Below, in pieces: positions 52,858 to 61,016 of a DNA stretch of 64,000 nt. Source of the stretch: an uncultured Bacillales bacterium (lineage in GTDB: Bacteria; Bacillota_I; Bacilli_A; RF39; UBA660); contig CANOBK010000007.1 in NCBI GenBank assembly GCA_947564265.1, forward strand, positions 38,529 to 102,528, in the 5' to 3' direction. A program made the translations under genes and the position numbers. The notes under the pieces were generated by a model. The model saw only the letters and a program-made list of their open reading frames with translations, did no database searches and had not been told where the DNA came from. Numbering within the stretch: position 1 is the first letter of the stretch; the number at the start of each line of letters is the position of its first letter.

Positions 52858-52884
52858 ATTAAGAGTGAATTTAGTAATTATCAA

Positions 52885-52924
52885 CAAAAAAACTATAGAG
52901 TGTTTTTTCTACTCTATAGTTTTT
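52885..52924. terminator. Bidirectional rho-independent terminator
   Basis: ACTATAGAGT (52892-52901) / ACTCTATAGT (52911-52920), 10-bp perfect stem flanked by an A-run and a T-run. Confidence 0.8.
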
Positions 52925-53261
52925 CCATTTCCCAACTTCTAAAAGAAATACAATCTCCGTTTTGATTAAATTTAATTTCATAGATTCCGTTAAATTCTTT
53001 AACATCCCTTTGAAAATTCCACTCTACAATGGCAGTTTTTCCTTCTATTGCTAGAATCTTAAAGTCTATTTCTTTAATATCTTGATTTTTAATATGTTCC
53101 CATTCTTTTTTGATTTCTTCAAATGTAGTGTAGGGTTTTGTAAAAGGAGTTTCTTGATAAAGTGTTGTTTTTTGAAAAAGTGAGGATGCCTTTTCTGGTT
53201 TTTTTTGAAACCAATATTCTTTTAGTTGACTTAGCCAATTTTCTACATAAGTTCGTTCCAT
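52914..53261 (-). CDS. NTF2/SnoaL-like small protein
   Basis: 115 aa; 'AIVEWNFQRDVKEFNGIYEIKFNQNGDCISFRSW'. Confidence 0.5.
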   Translation of the reverse strand: MERTYVENWLSQLKEYWFQKKPEKASSLFQKTTLYQETPFTKPYTTFEEIKKEWEHIKNQDIKEIDFKILAIEGKTAIVEWNFQRDVKEFNGIYEIKFNQNGDCISFRSWEMEKL

Positions 53262-53262
53262 T

Positions 53263-53682
53263 TTATTTTTCCTTAAAATCCTTTTTTATTTCTTGTAATA
53301 CTTCTTCTGATACTCCCGTTTTATACATTGCTACTCCTGTAGGCCATTCTTTATCAATCCATGTAAGATTATATCGTTGGATTTCTTTGTCATATCTAGG
53401 AATCGCGTGAAAGTGAACGAAATTTTCCTTCATCATATTCGCATGATAATTAAATTTTACTGCCCCATATAATGTTTTGCATCTTTCTTCAAAAAGTTTA
53501 CAAACTTCACTAAATTCTGCCATTTCTTCTTTGGTTACCTCTGCCAAAGAAGGGCATTCTCTTTTTAAAAGAATAATACAACTTCCTAGAGTAACTGGTA
53601 CTGGTCTTAATAATAAAACCCAATCATTAAATTCTTTAATAATCAAATCTTCTCGATTGAATCTACCTGCAAATTCATACAT
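53263..53682 (-). CDS. HIT-family-like nucleotide hydrolase/transferase (variant histidine triad)
   Basis: 'NFVHFHAIPRY' (HxHx with the third His replaced). Confidence 0.6.
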   Translation of the reverse strand: MYEFAGRFNREDLIIKEFNDWVLLLRPVPVTLGSCIILLKRECPSLAEVTKEEMAEFSEVCKLFEERCKTLYGAVKFNYHANMMKENFVHFHAIPRYDKEIQRYNLTWIDKEWPTGVAMYKTGVSEEVLQEIKKDFKEK

Positions 53683-53892
53683 AAACTTCTCCTCCTTAAA
53701 TGATTTATATTTTTATTATACACTAATTTATTTAGAAAATGGTTGAAATTTTTCTATAGCATTATATGATAATTTGTTATAATAAAGATAATATTATTAT
53801 AATTAAGAATATTTAGGAGGAGCAGAATGAATTTTGATGAAGAAATTAATAGATATCATATTACATAGATGATGAATAGGAGAGAATAAGAA

Positions 53893-54324
53893 ATGAATAT
53901 AGTTGAATATAAAGATCACGATAAATTAATCCCATTTTATGCTTCTCGTGGTATAGAGGTGTCAAAACAATTTGAAAATCCACCAATTTTTTCATATATT
54001 ATTGAAGATGAAAGCGCTCTTGTTGCCGCTATTACTTGCAGTGAAATTTTGGGTACTTTTATTATCGAAGCAATTGCCGTAAGTGAACAATACGAAAGAC
54101 AACATATAGGTACCAAACTTTTAGGTTTTGCAGTTGCCAAAGCGAAAGAAATGAAGGCGGATAATATAATTTTAAATGCCAAAAATCCAATTTTGTTTGA
54201 GAAAAATGGTTTTTTGATTATTAGGAAAGAGGATGTCCCAGTTGATTCTTATTCTTATTGTTTTGAATGTCCCGATTACCAAGTTACCTGTTTCCCCAAA
54301 ATTATGAAATATAATAAAAATTAA
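53893..54324 (+). CDS. GNAT-family N-acetyltransferase
   Basis: 'RQHIGTKLLGFAVAKAKEMKADNIILNA...FEKNGF'. Confidence 0.8.
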   Translation: MNIVEYKDHDKLIPFYASRGIEVSKQFENPPIFSYIIEDESALVAAITCSEILGTFIIEAIAVSEQYERQHIGTKLLGFAVAKAKEMKADNIILNAKNPILFEKNGFLIIRKEDVPVDSYSYCFECPDYQVTCFPKIMKYNKN

Positions 54325-54410
54325 TCAAACTTTATGTAACAGAAAAATTGTTTGATATTTCTATGAAAGTGTGTTAAAATAAGGTAATATTTTTTAGGGG
54401 GAGAGAAAAT

Positions 54411-54770
54411 ATGAATCTTGGACACTTACTTATACAAAATCGGTGCGCTAGCGCTGGTACATCCTTTTCAGTATTCAAAGTAGAACCAGGGAGTTCAAAA
54501 AAGGAAACTTTAGGATGTGCTTATGTTGAACAGGAGTATGCCAAGGTATTGGATTATTCTGGACAAGAAGTCATTGATTATGAACCTTGTGTCAAATTAT
54601 CTACGGATCGTTATAGTGAAAAACTGATGCCATATATTCCAGAAATTGAGATAGTATTAACAAATTATTTAGCTAGAAAAAATATGGAAGATAAAATCTC
54701 ACAAATAGCACAAGCTTTAGGTTTAGACTCAGATCAGTTTGTTCAAATTCAAAAGAAGAATACAAAATAA
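54411..54770 (+). CDS. Hypothetical protein
   Basis: GGGGGAG RBS; 119 aa; no recognised domain. Confidence 0.55.
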   Translation: MNLGHLLIQNRCASAGTSFSVFKVEPGSSKKETLGCAYVEQEYAKVLDYSGQEVIDYEPCVKLSTDRYSEKLMPYIPEIEIVLTNYLARKNMEDKISQIAQALGLDSDQFVQIQKKNTK

Positions 54771-54832
54771 AAAATCTGTGTTTAAAAATGTGAATTGTTT
54801 ACTAACAGAATTATCATTATAGTAATAATAGA

Positions 54833-54866
54833 CTACACTTTGATTAAAATGAAAGTGTAGTTTTTT
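54833..54866 (+). terminator. Rho-independent terminator
   Basis: CTACACTTT (54833-54841) / AAAGTGTAG (54852-54860) then TTTTTT. Confidence 0.85.
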
Positions 54867-54971
54867 GATTTTTATCTGATTCTATTTTGAATATTTTAGA
54901 AATTTAAGGGAAATCAATTGTTATATAGGAAGCTCGCTTAAAATATAGTATAATTAATTTGGGTGATAACT

Positions 54972-55451
54972 ATGGAAATAATAGATTATTCTAGTCAGTA
55001 TGACAATCACATCAAAGACTTGCTTGTTGAATTACAAAAATATATAGTGGAGATAGATAAAGAGAAATATAATATCTTAACAAATGAATATAGAGAAAAA
55101 TATTTTGAAAAAATCATGGATGAAGTAAATCAATATGAAGGGAAAATATTTTTGGCAAAAGAGGAAGAATCGATTATTGGTCTTATTATTGGCGTTATTA
55201 ATAATGAAGATGAAAAAACTTACGATTTTTCTGCTCCAAAAAGAGGCCGAGTAATTGAATTGATAGTATCCAATAAATATCGTTCAAATGGTATTGGGAA
55301 GCAATTATTAAATAAAATGGAGAGTTATTTTAAGGAAGTTGGATGTAAGGGTGTTTTAATTGATGTTTTTGCTTATAATGAGAATGCTCAAAGATTTTAT
55401 TATAAAAATGGATATTTCAATCGGAATATCGAGATAATGAAAAAAATATAA
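54972..55451 (+). CDS. GNAT-family N-acetyltransferase
   Basis: 'YRSNGIGKQLLNKMESYFKEVGCKGVLIDV...AQRFYYKNGY'. Confidence 0.8.
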   Translation: MEIIDYSSQYDNHIKDLLVELQKYIVEIDKEKYNILTNEYREKYFEKIMDEVNQYEGKIFLAKEEESIIGLIIGVINNEDEKTYDFSAPKRGRVIELIVSNKYRSNGIGKQLLNKMESYFKEVGCKGVLIDVFAYNENAQRFYYKNGYFNRNIEIMKKI

Positions 55452-55510
55452 AAGTTTGATTGAGATATGTAAACTACCTGTATACAAAGTGAATTTTTAA
55501 TTTAAAAAAA

Positions 55511-56650
55511 ATGATTCATGGTACAATACAAGCAAATAATTTTTTATTTAAAGGGGTGATTAATTTGGGCATTGTTATTTTCTTTACTATTTTTATTGGT
55601 TTAATAGTAATCGCATATCAGTTAGGTATAAAATCTGGAAATATAACGATTAATAATTTAGACAATAAGGATGCAGGAAAAGTAAATACTTTTCAATCGG
55701 GGCTTTTTAAGAAAATATTTTGGATTCCCTCTATTCTATGGATTTTATTATCATTTCTTGTAATAGAAGATATTTTAGATTTGTTATTTTTTATCATTCC
55801 AGTAGATTCATTTCTTTTACTAGTTTGGCTTGATATTTCCATCATCATTACACGACATATACTATTTAAAAGAAATGGTATTAGTAGTTCAAATAATGAG
55901 AACATCGTGTATGATGAAAAAAGTATTAGTAAATTTAAAAAAATAAGATTTCCCTTAATCATGAGTATTATTACTTTTCTTGTCGGATGTATATTAGCTT
56001 ATACATCTATCGGTTTACCTCTTAATAAAGATTTATTCATAATACTAGCAGTAAGTTATTTTCCCTTTCTATTGTTTTTAATAATTACATTATTGTGCTA
56101 TTACTTTGGAGATAAGAAACAAAAACGATTTGTTTTTAAAGCAATTGCAGGAGTTTTATCATGGTTGTTAATTTATTATTATTTTATTGCGATATTCACG
56201 ATTTGTTTATTAGAATCAGTAAATCCCGTAACAAATATAAAATATTATAAACATTATGTTGGTGGATCTGAACTTACCAAAGTATTTCCTAAGAAAATTC
56301 CAGATGATGTAGAAAATATTGAATTTTACTATGCTCCTGGCATATTACAGGGTGGAACGAATTATGTTTTATATTATATTGATAGAAATATGACACCAGA
56401 AAAGTTTAATGAAAATTATAAGAAACAAGCAATCTGGATTGGTCATAAAAAAGAGTATACAGAAAAGAATGGTTTGTTATCTGGCGCATTTGCTTATACA
56501 CCTGCATACTTGAAAAATGAGGAAGATTATACGATATATTTAGTAGAAGGGGAATGTGATAATTCAGGATATTGTAATCATGGAAAATTTTTATTAGCTG
56601 CCTATAATGAACAAACAAATGAAGTGATATTTAGTGCTGAGTCTTGGTAA
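55511..56650 (+). CDS. Polytopic membrane protein with C-terminal soluble domain, unknown function
   Basis: Several TM spans. The real start is possibly TTG 55565, after the AAAGGGGTGA SD. Resembles the ORF at 58367. Confidence 0.6.
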   Translation: MIHGTIQANNFLFKGVINLGIVIFFTIFIGLIVIAYQLGIKSGNITINNLDNKDAGKVNTFQSGLFKKIFWIPSILWILLSFLVIEDILDLLFFIIPVDSFLLLVWLDISIIITRHILFKRNGISSSNNENIVYDEKSISKFKKIRFPLIMSIITFLVGCILAYTSIGLPLNKDLFIILAVSYFPFLLFLIITLLCYYFGDKKQKRFVFKAIAGVLSWLLIYYYFIAIFTICLLESVNPVTNIKYYKHYVGGSELTKVFPKKIPDDVENIEFYYAPGILQGGTNYVLYYIDRNMTPEKFNENYKKQAIWIGHKKEYTEKNGLLSGAFAYTPAYLKNEEDYTIYLVEGECDNSGYCNHGKFLLAAYNEQTNEVIFSAESW

Positions 56651-56815
56651 AAAGTAAAAGATGATAATAGAAATAATCTAAATATCATCTTTTTTATTGA
56701 AACGTGATTTTATAATAATATAAAAGTTGAAATAATTTTTATGAAGGTATAGAAAGTTGAACATTTTGTGGTATAATATTGGACTAAAAGTGAGCTTTAC
56801 TGGGTGGTGATAGTT

Positions 56816-57412
56816 ATGAGAGTATATCGAATTATATCTGCTAGAGAAATTACAAATATGTATCAAGGTTCTAAGGAAAGGTGTGCAGTAGTAAAAGGGC
56901 AAAACACCCATCATTACGAAGATGGTACTTCCTATATTCATTTCTTTCGATATAGCGAATCAGCAGAATATTATTTTAAAAGATATCGTGTGTCCATGAA
57001 TCATTTAGATGAATATATTGCCTATATGACAGCAAACATTCCAGGTGATATTTTAAGAAATAGAATGGGGTATGGATTCTATAATTTAGAGGAGGCTCCT
57101 TTTGATTCTTTTGATATTCCAATTCCAGAGTATGCGATTCCGGAAGAAGAAATGAAACCAGAGTATATTGTAGAAGTAAATAGTTTTATTAAATATGAAT
57201 ATAAAAAGAATAATGAGGAGTATCAAAAATATTTAGAATTAATGAGGCAACTTTCAAATCAATATCAGTATGATTTTTACAAAATAGCAAAATATCTAGA
57301 AGGTTGTAATCTGGAAGAATTATTAGGAGTAAAGGATGATGATAGAACAGAATCTGAAATATTTCAGGACAAGCTGAAACAGTTATCTAAAATATTCCCT
57401 TTGTATGATTAG
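56816..57412 (+). CDS. Hypothetical protein
   Basis: GGTGGTGA RBS then ATG 56816; no recognised domain. Confidence 0.55.
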   Translation: MRVYRIISAREITNMYQGSKERCAVVKGQNTHHYEDGTSYIHFFRYSESAEYYFKRYRVSMNHLDEYIAYMTANIPGDILRNRMGYGFYNLEEAPFDSFDIPIPEYAIPEEEMKPEYIVEVNSFIKYEYKKNNEEYQKYLELMRQLSNQYQYDFYKIAKYLEGCNLEELLGVKDDDRTESEIFQDKLKQLSKIFPLYD

Positions 57413-57438
57413 TTAAAGAAATGTGTAGTCTTACGAGA

Positions 57439-58176
57439 TTACATTTTTTTAGTTAATACACTTCTAATATCCCTAAATTCTGTAATACTGGCATCAGCAG
57501 TTGAGATTAATTTTTCTTTTTCCTCAGTAATATCTTCTTCTGAATTGATTGTATAATCTAAGTAGATTGAGTGTATTCCTGCTTTATGACTTGGGATGAT
57601 ATCTACTTTTGAGTCTCCGATATGTACTGTTTCTGATGGGTCTAATTGATATCTTTTTAATAACCAATCAAATCCGACTTTGACAAATTTAAGATAATTG
57701 TTTTCTGAAGAGTGAATGGCACAAAAATACTTTGTGAGATTATGCCAATCTAGTTTTTTTAATGCTTGATTTTGGAACCAATTACTATAAGCATATAATT
57801 GATAATTTTCAGATAATTGTTGAAGTTCTTCTGGTACTTCCTCACTGATATAGGTTTCTGACGCTTCTAACTCGAACATGACATTTTTTAATTTTTCTCC
57901 TGAAGAACCGTATTCACGTAAAGAACTTATATTTTTTTCTAGTAACATACTATAAATTTGTTCATCTGCTTCTCCTGTAATGATAGCGTGATACTCTCTT
58001 TCTTTCATTGATCGAAACAATCCTATAAGAGCTTCGTCTGTGTATGGGATTCCAAGAATATTAAGTGATTTTTCTAAAAAACTTGGAATATCTTTCCAAC
58101 GAGTAATTGTTCCATCAATATCAAGAATGATTGCTTTTATGTCAGCGTTTGCCGATAATTTATCAATTATAATCAT
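57439..58176 (-). CDS. HAD-superfamily hydrolase
   Basis: Motif I 'IILDIDGTIT', motif IV 'HIGDSKVDI'. Confidence 0.8.
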   Translation of the reverse strand: MIIIDKLSANADIKAIILDIDGTITRWKDIPSFLEKSLNILGIPYTDEALIGLFRSMKEREYHAIITGEADEQIYSMLLEKNISSLREYGSSGEKLKNVMFELEASETYISEEVPEELQQLSENYQLYAYSNWFQNQALKKLDWHNLTKYFCAIHSSENNYLKFVKVGFDWLLKRYQLDPSETVHIGDSKVDIIPSHKAGIHSIYLDYTINSEEDITEEKEKLISTADASITEFRDIRSVLTKKM

Positions 58177-58366
58177 AGTCCCACCTCGTTTGTATATTAT
58201 AATTTAAATTATTATTTTCTACAAGATTTATTAATTGATGATTTTTATACCATGATTAGAAATTTTATATATTTCTAGATTTTTGATTTATCATGATAGT
58301 TGTTGAGATATCCTTGTTGATTTGATACAATCAATGTAAATAAAAATTGAGTGAGGTGGATTTTTA

Positions 58367-59410
58367 ATGAATCAAAGAAATGAAAAAGAGTATGAAATTT
58401 TAAAATCAAAGTTTTTCTTAAGATTGTTTGGGATTCCATCTATTGTTTTGGTTTTTCTTTCTTTTCTTTCTATGATACTAGATGAGGGAGGGGATTCTCT
58501 TACATTGGGTGACATTTTTTCTATTGATATTTTGTTAGTATTATTATGGTTTGGAATTTCCTTTCTAATTACTTTAGGTGTCCATGAAATCAATCGAAAT
58601 AGAGCTCAATCTATCAAGAAAGAATCTTCTTCTAGAAAAAAGACAAATTCTATCGATTCTCGAATAGGGGTAGATAAAAAAGAGTTAGAAACTGCTACGA
58701 ATCTTAGTGCCAATCTGCATTCTAAAGTTATAAAAACAGGAATGCTTCTCTTATTTGTTTTGACGATAGTAAGTTTGTGGGGTGCTTTAATCATTGTATT
58801 TATGGTAAATGAAATGAATCACCGACATGGTTTTGATTTTGTGAAGGATATGTGGATTTTCTGGTGTTTGTTACCAATTCCTATTCTTTCTATCTTACTA
58901 GGTTTTAAATATAAGAAGGCAGGATTTAAATGTACTAAAAATATTGTAGCTGGCTTCATCATTGGATTTTTATTATTGATTTATGGTTCTTTTTGTAGGT
59001 TTCCCACATATAGTGAAGACTATAGTAAGCTAGATGCCTATCGAGATATGATTGATGTAGAACTTCCAGAACATGGAGAATTACATATCCAAGATTGGAA
59101 TAATGGTGACAAATTAGAGTATACAGTTGTCAGCGTATATTATGATAAACAGGATGTGCGAAATCTTGTAAATAGTATTGAGAATAGTGATAATTGGATT
59201 TTAAGTACTGAAATAAAGTCATTGCTAACGATATTTCTCCCATCTTCTTTTCGTTCTAATTCAGATACTTATTTTTCTATCTATAATCAATCAACAAATC
59301 AATATAATACTATTCCAGAAGCTTCCGGAGATTATGAGATTTACGCTATGAAATATGATCAATCCGAAAAACTTTTAGAAATTCATAAATTTGTCTATTC
59401 CTATCGATGA
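58367..59410 (+). CDS. Polytopic membrane protein with C-terminal soluble domain, unknown function
   Basis: GAGGTGG RBS; same topology and N-terminal motif ('F..IPSI...LSFL') as the ORF at 55511. Confidence 0.6.
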   Translation: MNQRNEKEYEILKSKFFLRLFGIPSIVLVFLSFLSMILDEGGDSLTLGDIFSIDILLVLLWFGISFLITLGVHEINRNRAQSIKKESSSRKKTNSIDSRIGVDKKELETATNLSANLHSKVIKTGMLLLFVLTIVSLWGALIIVFMVNEMNHRHGFDFVKDMWIFWCLLPIPILSILLGFKYKKAGFKCTKNIVAGFIIGFLLLIYGSFCRFPTYSEDYSKLDAYRDMIDVELPEHGELHIQDWNNGDKLEYTVVSVYYDKQDVRNLVNSIENSDNWILSTEIKSLLTIFLPSSFRSNSDTYFSIYNQSTNQYNTIPEASGDYEIYAMKYDQSEKLLEIHKFVYSYR

Positions 59411-59465
59411 GTAGAAAGTTAGAAATATAAGGGAGACATTCTTTCTCTTTTTTCCACTAAACAAG

Positions 59466-59499
59466 AAACCTCTTGATTTGATTGTCAAGAGGTTTTCTC
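59466..59499. terminator. Bidirectional rho-independent terminator
   Basis: AAACCTCTTGA (59466-59476) / TCAAGAGGTTT (59485-59495), 11-bp perfect stem. Confidence 0.8.
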
Positions 59500-59506
59500 T
59501 TTAAAA

Positions 59507-60364
59507 TTAATGATATTTTGAATTTCCTTTTTTGGATTTTATTTTTTTATAAATGGTTAAATGATATGTCTTATTTTTATATTTGATAAATAAATCCTCC
59601 TTCGTATCATTATAAAATAGGGTAACGATTTCATTTTTTTGTATTTTGTTTTTTGTTTCTATTCGATATCTAATGTTTTCAAATTGAATCATATTATCCG
59701 CAATTGTTTTTCTTATTTTCAAATGATAAAAATCTTTGTAATCAATATTTGCTTTTTTATAATGGATTCGTTTTTTATTTTCTGATCTTTTCACATTTTT
59801 ATAGATAGACTTAAAGGGAAGTATTTTTACGGAATACTTATTTGCTAAATATTGTACTTCTAATGGAGTGTTAGTAAAAAAATTAACAAAAGAAATATTT
59901 TGAGGAGCTCCATAATTACTTAGAATGAAATAAAATATTTTTTGAAAACTTTTCCTATCATTTTTTAAACTAGTAAAATTGAATAACATTGTTTCTGTTT
60001 TATAATCAATTACTTCAAAGTAATAATTTCCTTTTTGTTTTATTTTTTTGATAAAGACAATTTCTTCTTCTACTTTGAAATTACTTAATATTTTACAGAG
60101 AGAAGAGTAGCTTATTCGATATTTCAGTTCGTTTAAATAGAAGTCTTTATAAGATTTATAATTACTTTTAAGATAGTCGTTTATGATTTCTGTTTGGAAA
60201 TCAATTTTTTTGTTTTTGGGTATATAATTCTCTTTTGTTAATTTCCTATTTAAGCGAATTAAAGATTTGGGATGATATCCAGTTTGTTCCGCTAGTTCTT
60301 TATAGGTTTTATTTCCCTTGTTTTTTAATAATTCAATCATTTTTTCTTGAGATACTTTCTTCAT
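59507..60364 (-). CDS. HTH protein with degenerate integrase/transposase-core-like region (possible domesticated or decayed IS gene)
   Basis: N-terminal HTH 'KTYKELAEQTGYHPKSLIRLNRKL'; middle 'YYFEVIDYKTETMLFNF...ILSNYGAPQNISFVNFFT' has rve-like spacing but lacks the DNG/E acidic residues; very Lys/Asn/Ile/Tyr-rich. Confidence 0.35.
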   Translation of the reverse strand: MKKVSQEKMIELLKNKGNKTYKELAEQTGYHPKSLIRLNRKLTKENYIPKNKKIDFQTEIINDYLKSNYKSYKDFYLNELKYRISYSSLCKILSNFKVEEEIVFIKKIKQKGNYYFEVIDYKTETMLFNFTSLKNDRKSFQKIFYFILSNYGAPQNISFVNFFTNTPLEVQYLANKYSVKILPFKSIYKNVKRSENKKRIHYKKANIDYKDFYHLKIRKTIADNMIQFENIRYRIETKNKIQKNEIVTLFYNDTKEDLFIKYKNKTYHLTIYKKIKSKKGNSKYH

Positions 60365-60454
60365 GCATAAAAGTATAACATATTACAGGTAACATTTAAA
60401 TATTATTTTTACTTTTTTGATATAAATTCTCTTTTTTTATTAAAATGATGATGA

Positions 60455-61015
60455 GAGGAGGAATGTTTTATAAAAAGAGAAGTAGAGGTCGTTGCTTTTG
60501 ATTTAGGTGGTGTTCTCGCTTATTGGGACTTATCAGTATTAACAGAAGAGGAATTGTTTTTGTTACGAGTCTATCTCAATCGGAATCGAGAAATGGATCC
60601 TTGTCTTTTAGAATATGCAAAACAGAAAATCTCAGAAATTTATTTGAAAATTCATAAATTAAATAAGGAAGCAATTTCTACCTTAGAAATGCTACAACAA
60701 GAGAAAGTAAAATCAGCTATATGGACGAATAATATTAGAGAAATTGATCATTGGTTTGATGAAATTAATTTATATCGATATATCAATAGGGAGAGTATTG
60801 TTAATTCTTATGATTTAGGAGTCAATAAGCCTAACATGAAGTTTTATTATGCAGCGTTAAATATTTTAAAAACAAATCCACAGAGCATTCTTTTTTTAGA
60901 CGATCGAGAGGAAAATAGAATAGGGGCTAGAAAGTGTGGAATTATTTCTACGGAATATACCATGGAACAAAGCTTACAAAAAACGGTTGAGAGGGAAATT
61001 AGGAGGCTGAAATAG
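60455..61015 (+). CDS. HAD-superfamily hydrolase (subfamily IA-like) lacking a canonical in-frame start codon
   Basis: Motif I 'VAFDLGGVL' is encoded at 60491-60517, upstream of the ORF-track TTG (60554). The frame is open from 60455 with no ATG/GTG/TTG. GAGGAGG SD lies at 60455-60461. 'WTNN' and 'FLDDREEN' motifs follow. Confidence 0.6.
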   Translation, partial: EEECFIKREVEVVAFDLGGVLAYWDLSVLTEEELFLLRVYLNRNREMDPCLLEYAKQKISEIYLKIHKLNKEAISTLEMLQQEKVKSAIWTNNIREIDHWFDEINLYRYINRESIVNSYDLGVNKPNMKFYYAALNILKTNPQSILFLDDREENRIGARKCGIISTEYTMEQSLQKTVEREIRRLK

Positions 61016-61016
61016 G

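Noticed and set aside
53162-53746. Plus-strand ORFs 53162-53410 and 53477-53746
   Set aside because: They are antisense to the HIT-like and NTF2-like minus-strand genes, which have motifs and coupled start/stop codons.
56678-56941. 87-aa minus-strand ORF
   Set aside because: It is a low-complexity AT-rich translation that overlaps the 5' end and upstream region of the 56816 gene, with no RBS.
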